A stretch of DNA of 63,338 nt, the filler included, from Octopus bimaculoides (lineage: Eukaryota): assembly GCF_001194135.2 (NCBI RefSeq). It is 4 parts of 4 records of this genome, joined end to end, with 100 filler letters (N's around TTAATTAATTAA, not from the genome) between each part and the next. Parts side by side here need not be neighbours in the genome. Positions count along the whole stretch, not along the records: positions 24,552 to 41,915 come from NC_068999.1; positions 42,016 to 50,255 come from NC_068987.1; 2 more parts are not named here. One strand, 5' to 3'. Numbering within the stretch: position 1 is the stretch's first letter; the number at the start of each line of letters is the position of its first letter. Positions 37,360 to 48,920 of this stretch are shown here, one piece after another. The position numbers were made by a program, and so were the translations under genes. The notes under the pieces are model-generated. The model made no database searches. It was not told where the DNA came from and saw only the letters and a list, made by a program, of their open reading frames with translations.

Positions 37360-37563
37360 CCTATGCTGGTGCCACATATAAAGCATTCACTCCACTCTCT
37401 GGGGTGGTTGGTATTAGGAAGGGCATCCAGTCATAAAAACCCTGTCAAAACAGACACAGTAACCTGGGGTAGTCTTCTACCTGGCTGGCTCCTGTCAACT
37501 GTTCTACCCATGCATGCATGGAAGATGGATATTAAACAATGATGATGATGATAATGGTGATGA
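37360..37563 (+). mobile_element. Family C RTE-tail repeat
   Basis: GGTATTAGGAAGGGCATCCAG...CCCATGCATGCATGGAAGATGGATATTAAAC(GAT)n. Confidence 0.7.
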
Positions 37564-37579
37564 TTAACTATATATTAAA

Positions 37580-37770
37580 TGGTAGTGGGTTGACAGAATC
37601 TTTAGCATGCCGGACAAAATGCATAAAGGTATTTCATCCATCTTACGTTCTGAGTTCAAATTCCACTGAGGTCAACTTTCAGGGTCAATAAAGTAAGTAC
37701 TAGGGTTGATGTAATCAACTTGCCCCATCCCCTGAATTTACTAGCTTTGTGCTAAACTTTTGAAATCAGT
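37580..37770 (+). mobile_element. SINE-like family A copy
   Basis: Family A core with internal deletion. Confidence 0.7.
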
Positions 37771-37859
37771 ATTTAATGCATATTTAAAATTATCTATTCT
37801 ATATTATTTTCTGTAAATATAATACTATATAATATACTTACACTAGTAACCGTGTGTAT

Positions 37860-39990
37860 TAATTGTGGGATGGATGGTTTGACCAGAGCTGGAAAGCTGG
37901 AGAGCTGCACCAGTCTCCAGTCTGATTTCGCATGGTTTCTATGGTTGGATGCCCTCCCTAACACCAACCACTTTACAGAGTGTGCTGGATGCTTTTACAT
38001 GGCACTGCACAGGTGCTTTTATGTGATGCTACATGGGTACTTTTGCATGGCACCACCACGAGTGCTTTTTATGTGGCACCTGCACAGGACTCTTGCAGGT
38101 CAATCTTCACCACTGGGGTGGGGTGATGACCAATCTTAACACTTCTACAGTGGAGTATGGGTCTTCTTGAGTATAGCAAGGCACCAGGCATCTCGATCTT
38201 TGTCATCTCGCCTGAAAGGTTCAGGGTCCTGAAGTTGTTCTTCAGTACTTTCTCCCATGTGTTCCTGGTCTCCCACTCCCACATGTTCCATCTACTTTGA
38301 GAGATCAGCACTTCTTTATGGAGCTGTTGGCATCCATCTGCATCACATGACCAAACCAGCACAGTCTTCTCTCTTGCACATAGCAACTAGTTCCTTTTAT
38401 TCCCAACTTCTCTCTCAATACACTAACACTCTGTCAAACATGTACACTTACATTACACATCCAGCAGAGCATATTAGCCTCATTCCTCTCTAACCTTGAC
38501 ATGTCCTCTGCATTCAGAGCCCACATATCACTACCATGTAGGATTGCTATCTGTATACATGCATCATACAATCTTCCTTTCACTTAGAGACAGAAATATT
38601 TTGTGGCCGACAGAGCTAACAGCTCTCTGAATTTCCCCCATCCTATTCTAACAATTACACTCTTTGTGCATTCTCCCCACCCACTACTAATTTGGTCCCC
38701 TACATAGTAGAAATGATCTCCTACCTCTAATGAGCCACCAGAGCATTTCAGAGAATCAATTTCCCCAGTCTCTATCGTTTTTATGAATCCTGTGTATCTT
38801 AAACATACAAATGTTGCCTTCTCTGATGAGCTTCTTTTAATTCACTGCACCTTTTGTGTGTCCATAGCTTACATTGGGTACACCGAATGGAGTTCCTGCC
38901 TACACCTTTCCTGCAAATCAAACAGGGCCACCTACCTGAAGTGGGTGGGGTCTTGTCTGTTTTCTTGCTTACTAGGACCTTAGGCTTTGCTATGTTAATC
39001 TTAAGGCCCTTAGATTCCAGGTTTTGCTTTCACACCTGGAATTTCTCTTCTAGCTCCAACATGGAATCTGCTACAAGGGCAAGATCATCAGAAGACAACA
39101 CTTCAAATGCCACTTTGAAGTGTTGTCTTCCCTTCTTTTACACAACAAGAATGACCCGTTTCTCAACCGGATTGTGACTTGCGATGAAAAGTGGATTCTT
39201 TATGACAACCCGCGATGCGCAGCTCAGTGGTTGGACACCAACGAAGCTCCACGGTACTTCCCGAAGCCAAAGTTGCACCAAAAGGAGGTCATGGGGACTG
39301 TTTGGTGGTCTGCGGCTGGTCTCATCCATCACAGCTTTTTGGATCCAGGCGAAACCATTACAGTGGAGAAGTACTGTCAGCAAATGGATGAAATGCATAA
39401 GAAACTTCAACAACAACAGCCAGCATTGGTCAATAGAAAAGGACCAATTCTTCTCCACAACAACGCTTGGCTGCACATCGCACAACTGACCCTACAGAAG
39501 TTGAACGAATTGGGCTATGAAACTCTGCCTCATCCGCCATACTCACCAGACCTCTCACCTACCGACTACCACTTTTTCAAGTATCTCAACAACTTCCTGC
39601 ATGAGAAATGCTTCAAAAACCAAGACTATGCCAAACATGCCTTCAACGACTTCATCACCACCAGAATGCAGCATTTTTATGCTACTGGCATAAATAAACT
39701 TGTTTCACGTTGGCAAAAGTGTGTTGATTCTGATGGTGTTTATTTCGATTAATAAAGTTTTGTTTGAGCCGAGATATGTGCATCTGAATTTAAAGGTTAA
39801 AAACCACAAGAACTTTCTTGACAACCTAATAGTAGTCTCCAGCATATAGTTGTCCTCTGTTATGGTCTGGAGGACGATGATGAAAAGGATGGGACTGAGG
39901 ACTGAGTCTTGATGAACCACTACCTGTACATCAAATTCTTCGCTGTACTCATGGCTAACTTTCACCTTACTGTACATGGCATGTATAGCT
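37860..39990 (-). mobile_element. Decayed RTE LINE (RT to 3' UTR) interrupted by a mariner fragment
   Basis: VHQDSVLSPILFIIVLQTI (39.9 kb), then YA|[34 protein letters not shown] (left of 39091), LCWFGHVMQM (~38350), then the family C 3' UTR. Confidence 0.9.
39111..39752 (+). mobile_element. Mariner (cecropia/Hsmar1-like) transposase, 5'-truncated, stop-free catalytic domain
   Basis: [35 protein letters not shown] (second catalytic D changed to N), [20 protein letters not shown]...YFD*; right TIR AAAACCACAAGAACTTTCTTGACAACCTAA ends 39829, then TA. Confidence 0.95.
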
Positions 39991-40444
39991 TTCACAAGTC
40001 ATTATCCCTTGCCCTCTCAGAGCCCGCCATATCACATATCACACAGAGCACTCTATCGCAGACTTTCTCTAGATCAGTATATATCAAGTATAATAGTTTA
40101 TTCTTAGCAAAGTACTTCTCTTGCAGTTGCCTGACTATGAAAATAGCATCAATAGTGCCTCAATAAACAGTGTAAAACAAATAATTAACTGTGCATATAA
40201 TATTATCTGTATGCATATTACTTGTGTTTATATTATTAGCTCTGTGAATATAATATCATCTATGTATATTATACTATTTGTGTTTATATGTGAGTATAAT
40301 ATCTACATTTTTATTATTAACTGCATGTGAATTATTACTCGTGTTTGTATTATTAGCTGTTTAATATTATCTGTGTCTGTATAACTGTAATATTATATGT
40401 GTATCTATGTATTGTGTAATATTATGTGTGTTTATAAGGTTGTG

Positions 40445-40655
40445 AATGGGCAGAACTCTTAGCATGTTGGGCAAAATGTTTAGCAGCATTTTGTCCAGCT
40501 TTATGTTCTGAGTTCAAATTCTGCCAAGGTCGACTTTATCCTTCACCCTTTCAGATTCAATAAATTAAGGTACCAGTTGAGTATTGGGGTCGATGCAATC
40601 AACTTACCTCCTCCCACCAAATTGCTGGCCTTGCACCAAAATTTGAAACCAATAT
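40445..40655 (+). mobile_element. SINE-like family A copy
   Basis: Full family A core. Confidence 0.85.
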
Positions 40656-40677
40656 TATATATGGTTATATTATTAAC

Positions 40678-41047
40678 GTGGAGGCGCAATGGCCCAGTGG
40701 TTAGGGCAGCGGACTCGCGGTCATAGGATCGCGGTTTCGATTCCCAGACCGGGCGTTGTGAGTGTTTATTGAGCGAAAACACCTAACGCTCCAGCAAGGG
40801 ATGGTGACGAAGCCTGCTGTACTCTTTCACCACAACTTTCTCTCACTCTTTCTTCCTGTTTCTGTTGTACCTGTATTTCAAAGGGCCAGCCTTGTCACAC
40901 TCTGTGTCACGCTGAATCTCCTCGAGAACTACGTTAAGGGTACACGTGACTGTGGAGTGCTCAGCCAGTTGCACGTTAATTTCATGAGCAGGCTGTTCCA
41001 TTGATTGGATCAACTGGAACCCTCGACGTCGTAAGCGACGGAGTGCC
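40678..41047 (+). mobile_element. tRNA-derived SINE family B, full length with 11-bp TSD
   Basis: A box TGGCCCAGTGG, B box GTTTCGATTCC; ATATTATTAAC at 40667-40677 and 41048-41058. Confidence 0.95.
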
Positions 41048-41062
41048 ATATTATTAACATGT

Positions 41063-41255
41063 AAGGCAGTAAGCTGGTGCAATCAATACTATGTTGGGCA
41101 GGATTTCTTCTGGCTCTTTATGTTCTGAGTTCAAATGACACCATGTCCTTCATCCTTTCAAGGTCAATAAAATAAGTATCAGTTGAACACTGGGGCTAAT
41201 GTAATTGACTAACACTTCCCCTCAAAACTGCTGGTCTTGTGCCAAGAATTAGAAT
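41063..41255 (+). mobile_element. SINE-like family A copy
   Basis: Decayed family A core. Confidence 0.7.
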
Positions 41256-41586
41256 GAATTATTTACCAAGTATAATATTATGTATGTGTATACAATTACC
41301 TGCATGAATAATATCTTTTTTACTCTTTGCTCTTTTACTTGTTTCAGTCATTTGACTGCAGCCATACTGGAGCACCGCCTTAAAGGGTTGTTTTAGTCAA
41401 AGAAATCAACCCCAGCACTTATTCTTTATACGCCTAGTACTTATTCCATTGGTCTCTTTTGTTGAACCACTCAGTTATGGGGACACAACATCAGGGGTGA
41501 CAAACATAGACACAAAGACAAACACACATAAATATATGCATATACAATAGTACATTTAATATTATACAGACTGTTAGTATATTTTA

Positions 41587-41915
41587 GCCACCGACCAGAT
41601 TTGTGGGTGGTGTAAGGTCCCCTCCCAACCCAGAGTAACGTGGTGGTGGAACAAGGAGGTAGACAGGGCTATTAGACAAAAGAAACAAGCTTGGAAGGAC
41701 TGGAAGAACGGTGGTAGCAGGGAATTGTACCAATGTGCCAGAAGGGAGGCTAGGCGACAGGTTTATTTAGCCAGAGGGGAAGCAGATAAGGAAAGATTTG
41801 CCAATGTTCTGCGCCGTGAGGACCAAAGACTCGAGGTATTTCGGGTTGCAAGACAGTGTAGGAGAGAGAATAGTGATGTTGTAGGAGAGAAATGTGTTCG
41901 CATGGATGATGGTAC
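41587..41915 (+). mobile_element. RTE-like LINE ORF segment (between endonuclease and RT), stop-free into a gap
   Basis: DQICGWCKVPSQPRVTWWWNKEVDRAIRQKKQAWKDWKNGGSRELYQCARREARRQVYLA...GEKCVRMDDG; WWN..V motif typical of the LINE pre-RT region. Confidence 0.85.
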
Positions 41916-42252
41916 NNNNNNNNNNNNNNNNNNNNNNNNNNNNNNNNNNNNNNNNNNNNTTAATTAATTAANNNNNNNNNNNNNNNNNNNNNNNNNNNNN
42001 NNNNNNNNNNNNNNNATATATTCAATAAGACATTCAATACTTTATTTCATAGTACCATCCATTTTTATTTTATATTATATATTGTATATTATATTATATA
42101 TTGTATATTCCATATTCTATATCCCACATTGGTTTTGCAGGAATATAAATAAAACATAAAAAACAGACAGTGTTGGAACTCTTTTAAACAAAATAATATA
42201 TTCCTCTATACACAATCATACAAAACCCCCCTTTTTTGTATTTATTTTTACT

Positions 42253-42299
<47 letters not shown>

Positions 42300-42525
42300 A
42301 GGTAGGTGTATGTATGTATTATATATATAGATGCAAGCGACTGTATAGTGAGAAGCTTGATTCCAAACCACATGGTTCTGGGTTCAGTCCTATTGCGTGG
42401 TAACTTGAGCAAGTGTCTTCTAAAAGGCCAAATCTGTGTGTGTACATTTGGTAGATGGAAACTGAAAGAAGCCACTCATATGTGCGTGTGTCTTTGTGTA
42501 TGTACACTAAGTTTTAATATTATTT

Positions 42526-42686
42526 CACTTCCGCTGTTTATAGTAGTGCTCGGAAGGAAGGAGTGTAGCTTGTGATCGTCGCATTAACAATGTCAGAGAA
42601 GGTTGCGCAGAGAATATGCAGCAAATTTTACCAAAAATTTGGCGATACCTAATCAGAGGCCCATGCAGAGTTTTCAGAAAGTTTTC
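42526..42686 (+). mobile_element. Mariner 5' fragment
   Basis: MSEKVAQRICSKFYQKFGDT*SEA, N-terminal helix-turn-helix start; homologous to the minus-strand copy next to it. Confidence 0.75.
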
Positions 42687-43260
42687 ATCGTTCTCGATAC
42701 AATCAAGGAGATTTGTGTAACTGAAACCCGACTGTCTTTCTGGTCAGCTGAAGGCAGTTTTGGCACAATCTTGGCAGACACCTCTATCATACCCAAATCC
42801 TCAGTAATAATGGACTGAACTAAGTCGTAACTAATCTGTACATCCTCTGATAACTCACGGTTGGTGATTCAACGAATTCTCCTCACGGCTGCACGCACAT
42901 CTGCAATATTTTTCTCAGTTCTTCTGGTTGCGGACCTCCCACAACGTCCGTCACTATCGACATTTTCTCGGCCATCTTGGAAACGTGTGAACAACTCGTA
43001 CACTTGTGTGCCTCTCAAACACTCCTCTCCATACACTTTCTGCAACTTTGCGTAGACCTCTGAGCTGGACAACTTTCTCTGTCAATGTCAATGCGACAGT
43101 CACATGCTACACACCTTCCTTCCAAGGACTGCTGTAAACAGCAGAAGTGAGGTTTCCCTGAAATATACACGCCTACACACACAAACACAAATTGACTCAC
43201 ACGTAGCTACAATCCCACAAACATAGACATACCAGCCTAGCAATGATCAAACAGAGATCT
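42670..43260 (-). mobile_element. Mariner 5' half (HTH region, decayed)
   Basis: SEVYAKLQKVYGEECLRGTQVYELFTRFQDGRENVDSDGRCGR...LLDCIENDENFLKT. Confidence 0.85.
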
Positions 43261-44480
43261 TCGTAAAGCTTTCTGTCTTTGCATTAATTGTTAATGATTC
43301 TTTATTGAACATTACCCTATTTTCTTTTCCATTTGTTTCATGTTTTGCGATTACTATTCTTGCGTGCACTTACTGGCCCGCATTCATCTCATTGAGTCAA
43401 TCACAATAACTGGATATTTCATCTCTTTCTCTATAAATATTTGCTTCTCTCAATCAAAATCCGCATCCTTCACTTCTTTTCATTTTATTAATGTCTTCAT
43501 CAGCACTTTGATATTAACGAAATTTCTCAATTATTCTCTCTCACACACACATACAAACACATATACACACAATTACACACGCACACATACACACGTGCGC
43601 GCAGTCTCTATCTCTCTAGCTCTCTCTTTCTCACACACACAGACACACTTTCTTCCCACACTTTCTCTTCATCAACTTCTTTCCTGACCTCATTTACCAC
43701 TCTCTGGTAGACCGTGTGTTTCTGTTTTTGCACCTCATTTTTTTCCTTTCACGAAGAGATACAGTAAGTTGATCGTTTCAATTTCTATGCTCTTTATAAC
43801 AAAAAATTCAGTTCGAAAGAGATTTTGCATGTCCCCGGGTTTTAAGTCATAAATGATTGGATGTATTACATATATCCTGTTCTGAATGCACTTTCAAGCA
43901 ACTAGGGGTATATATCTACAAAGCAGTTGGCTGATGCAAATGCTTTATATACAATTTTCCCAGTAACTCTCATAAACACACCTAAAAGTGTATCTGTAAT
44001 TTTGTCGAACTCGGAACTGGCCGAACTGGTTATAGTTTTCCAGTCCCATATTATGCTATCCTACATTGAGAGAAGGACTTAAAAGAAATTTCCTGGAAGA
44101 ATTTGCTAGTGTTATCAAGGTCTACTCCAAGCAAGACTTGTGATTATTCGTAGTCTGTGGCACCGGATGTAATGGACAATTTTTATGGTTTATGTTTAGT
44201 ATTATTTGCTATAAAGTTTTCACATTTTATTTAGTGTTAAAAACTATTCTGTTGTTAGAGCCCTATCATAGAATGAGATAGCATTTTAAAAAATATTCTG
44301 CCTGAAGATAGTTTAATTGTTTGACTACGGATGTTGCATAAGCAACTATACATTGATATAATTTTAATATATACAATTAAAATATTATATACTTATAATA
44401 TGTGTATATATATATGTGTGTGTGTATATATATGTATATATATATATGTGTGCATATATATATGTATATATATATGTATA

Positions 44481-44838
44481 GTCGAGCCGCAATGGCTCAG
44501 TAGTTAGGGCAGCGGAGTCGCGAGGATCGCGGTATCGATTCCCAGACCGGGCGTTGTGAGTGTTTGTTGAGCGAAAACACCTAAAGCGCCACGAGGCTCC
44601 GGCAGGGGATGGTGGCGAACCCTGCTGTACTCTTTCACCACAACTTACTGTTTCTGTTGTTCCTGTAATTCAAAGGGTCAGCCTTGTCACACTGTGTCAC
44701 GCTGAATATCCCCGAGAACTACGTTAAGGGTACACGTGCCTGTGGAGTGCTCAGCCACTCGCACGTTAATTTCACGAGCAGGCTGTTCCGTTGATCGGAT
44801 CAACTGGAACCCTCGACGTCGTAAGCGACGGAGTGCCA
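44481..44838 (+). mobile_element. tRNA-derived SINE family B
   Basis: Close match to 40678-41047 along its length. Confidence 0.9.
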
Positions 44839-46166
44839 ACAATATATGTATGTGTNNNNNNNNNNNNNNNNNNNNNNNNNNNNNNNNNNNTATATATATG
44901 TATATATATATATGTGTGCATATATATATGTATATACATACATATATATATACATATATATATCTATGTATGCATGTATGTATGTATGTATACATGTGAA
45001 TGTATGTGTGTGTCTGTGTGTGTATGTAGTGTATCGGATTATATTCAAATAAAATTTGTATGAAAATACACATGAATTCTGAATAACAAATACGTAATAC
45101 TTCACTCATTTTCTTCCGACGTCAAGGGGTTTCTTTGCAATATGACAAGTAGCTTTGCTAAAATTTTAAAATGCTGCCCCCATTTATTTACGTATGCCTA
45201 AATATCAAATTTGCACTGATTAGTCTGCTTTTATTTTATTTTGTTTTTGTCTTTTTACTGCTTTCTTCGTCTGAATTTAAGTCAAATTTTTGAGCATAAA
45301 TCCCCATTTATCTTCATCATGAATGTGGCTATAAAAGCAATGGAATGACATAGAAAACGGATTACTGACATCTGTTGTAATTGACCAATACAGCTTCAAG
45401 TATCCAACTCTTCTTTCCAAACAATAAAGTGAAAGAGAGAGGGAGAAAGAAAGAGAGCGAGTGTCTGTGTGTCGGCTTGTGTTTGTGTGTGTGTGCGCGC
45501 GCGCGTGTGTGTGAGTGTATGTGTGTGTATGCATGTTTCTGTGCGCACGGTGAGTGTGCATGTGTGCGTGCGCATCTGTGGGGGGAAGTATTGGAGTTTC
45601 ATTGATATCGGTGCATTATTGATATTTTGTTCCAGATTTATGCTAGATATTCATGGGGTAAATAAACACGCAATCTAACATATGTTCAGCCAAGTAATAA
45701 CATATGAACCCGTAATACTACAGACGGTCATTCGATCTGTTAAGTAGTGAGTGAGCAATCTCCTCCTCTTACCGTCATCAATATTTATACCAACTCTTCA
45801 TTACTGGACATGCGAATAAAACATAGTCTTAAATCATTTAAGCATCCATAATTCAAAATGCATTATCGCTATTATCCGATTAAAGATTTTCTACAATCGG
45901 ATTAATTCTTGATACGGATTTCCTTCATTGCTGCCATTAAGATTTACTTAGTAAAGAGGCTTTAAGTAGAAAGGATACGACACTTCAATAATATTACTGG
46001 TATTTGTTAAGTCAAAAATCACGATATATTGATTAAATATAGTCAGGTTATATAATCAATAAATAATTTACAAAACTTCCATAGGAATTGACAAATGAAA
46101 TAAAATACTAACACCATGGCAGTCCAGGTGTACGCGCATGAAACATTCTAAAATACTCTGTGTATA

Positions 46167-46211
<45 letters not shown>

Positions 46212-46976
46212 GCGTGCGTGCGCGCCAGTGTCTATGTGTTTGTTTGTGTGTGAGTCTATTTGTGTAATATGAATATATCGTTTGTAATATTCAATGAACT
46301 GTGCTCGTTCCGAGGTGTCAATTGAAACTCTTACGTTTCTCTGAGTAATTTACTGCTTCTATACTTCATTAAATTTTGTGGGATGATGGGCAGCAATGCT
46401 ATAAAATCCGTTAGGTTTTTTTAGATTCCCGTTGCTTCATTTTCTGACTAAAGTCCTTGATGATACCCTGTATTGTTGCCGTTTCACAGTAAACAGTGAC
46501 AAAGAGCTGGATGCTTTGTTGGCGTTGATATATAATCATTGTTGTTTTGTATATGATTGGTAGCAATATATGCCGCATTCTACTTCATTAGACTTCAATT
46601 AAACGGTATTTCATGTACTTAACTATTTCGAGATTTCTTTTCATAAAAATTCGGTGTGCTCTATTTTAGTTTTAGTAGATGCCATGTCTGATCCATTAAA
46701 TTTCTGTCTGTGTTATTATTCTATAACTTTCATCAATTCACCTAAAACTTTAGGCCGTAAATAACGAGTATTATTGATATATTTGGAAACAGCTAATTTG
46801 AAACTTGATTTTAAATTGCTTGAAAACTTTCATGGAAAGATAAATCCAGGAGACAATCACAAGTCTTTGTGTATTTTGTCATTAGATTGGCCTGGCAGAT
46901 GAGGCTACTACGCCGTGCAAAATGCTTAGCGGCATATGTTAATATATATATGTATGTATGTATAAATATCTATATA

Positions 46977-48920
46977 TCTATTATATAAAAGTCAATGTCT
47001 GTGAATTCCTGTGGTCGTGTGTTACTTATAAACTCGGAAACTACCGAACCGATTCTAATGAAATTTGGAACACAAAATCCATCCTAGGGAGAAGGGTAAT
47101 CCGTATGTTTCATACAATTTTGAGGGGAAATAAAGGTGGGACAGACCCCCCCCCCCTCCGTGATAANNNNNNNNNNGGTGGGACAGACCCCCCCCCCCTC
47201 CGTGATAACTCATATGCTTCGATTTTTGATGAAATTTCAACCATAGGTATTAGAATAAATTTTAAATTATACACCAAATTTCCATTTTTGGGGGATGATT
47301 CTAAGAACCCGTAATGGGGGCTTAACTCCCAAATTTTAGTTATTTTTCATGGACCAAAATTACTGAATGGATCCTTATGATATTTGAGACTTAGATTCAA
47401 TGCATAGGGGCGGGTATAATGCAGTATGTTTGCTTTGACTTTGAGGGGACTTAAAGGGATCAGAACCCCACATGAAAATTCATAAATTTCTGGTGTTGAT
47501 GAAATTTCAACCATAGGTAATTGACACAAATCAAGAAGTATTACCAAAGTTTCCTCTTCTCATGAGGGTTCCAAGATCCCTTAATGGGGGCCTTAGCGCC
47601 CAAATTTTAGTCATTTTTTATGATCCGAAACAAGGTCAAAAATACTGAATGGATCTCTATGAAATTTGGAAATCATATTCTATGCATAAGGGCGGATGTA
47701 ATGCAGTACTTGAAAGAGAGGGGGCATAAATGAGGCCTTAACCCCCCATGAAAATTTATATATTTTTGCTGTTGATGAAATTTTAACCATAGATATTAGA
47801 TACAAATGAAGTAATATTCCTAAAATCTCAACTGCTTTAGAGGTCAGTAAGACCCCTTGATGGAGGCTTAACTTTCACAATTTAGTCATTTTTCCTAAGC
47901 CAAGACGAATACAATTGTAATCTTAGAAAGTGTACAAGATGAACGTTATTTGTAATTCCATGGTACAACAGTGTAAGAGTTTTGCTTTGAGATATGCTTA
48001 GATTGTGATTTCTGCAATGTGTTGCATAAATTGTCAAGTAAAGGAGAGGTATCTTTGCCTCCACTGATTCAGTTGCAAAGTGTTATTTTGAGTAAAGTTA
48101 TTTGATTGCAGACCTGCTTTGGGTATTTTTATTATCACTGCGTAAGAGACAGACCCCAAATGTTAACATTGATTTCAAGGCCTTTCCAGATAAGTGATTG
48201 GTCATTCAAAGAGATTTATAGATAACAAATTTTTCATGTTAAGTTACCTATCGGCATAGTGATCACTAGCAAACTCCAGAGGTGACACTTTCATTTGCCT
48301 TAGACCTCACGTCACACAGTTGTTAATGTTTATTTGAGTTGGGTTACGCTCTTCCAATTGCTATAGATCCGTAATGCATCTTACGGCTGTGCCGGTCACC
48401 TCTATGGTGAGGAATCTTACATTGGGGAGAGGTAACGACTAGGGTAGGGTAGTTCACTGCTTAATGTCATCATTCGCCTTTTGGTTTCCTTTAGCTTTTC
48501 TCTCCTTTACAAACTCAGTGAACATTCATATATTGCCGAATAGATATAAGATACAAGTTAAAAAAGATTCCCAACAATTCAACTTTTCTGGTTGACTTTA
48601 AGACACCCCTAATAGGGGCCTTAACTGCCATATTTTAGAGCTCCATGTGCTCCATTTTTAAGGAGCAAAATCCTTTGAATGGGTTTTATAAGATTTGGAT
48701 TTTGGAATCTGGGCATAAAGACAAGTAGCAAGGGATAAATATGTCATGATTAGAATGTTTGTTAGGGTGTACAGAGGGAAAGAAACCCCATTAAAATTCT
48801 TAATCTCCAATTTTGATGAAATTCGAATCATACGTATTCCAGTTCATTAAAGAAAATATAAAAGAGCAGTCTAATTCTGCAAATCCATGTGACACGGGCA
48901 ACGCCGCATATCTCTGCTAG
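46977..48920 (+). mobile_element. Non-autonomous Helitron-like element
   Basis: A|TCTATTATATAAAA start; AACTCGGAAACTACCGAACCGATTCTAATGAAATTTGG core; GC hairpin CGGGCAACGCCG then CTAG|T end; internal ~270-bp tandem units. Confidence 0.75.

Noticed and set aside
40678-40760. tRNA gene-like A/B boxes (also 44481, 23460-23550, 59420-59501)
   Set aside because: They are SINE heads continuing into repeat bodies; no complete cloverleaf.
44044-44143. Possible + terminal exon PILCYPTLREGLKRNFLEEFASVIKVYSKQDL*
   Set aside because: Short, with a single splice signal; such ORFs arise by chance in 63 kb.
47135-47208. Direct repeat GGTGGGACAGACCCCCCCCCCTCCGTGATAA either side of a short gap
   Set aside because: Same contig-overlap artefact at a poly-C run.
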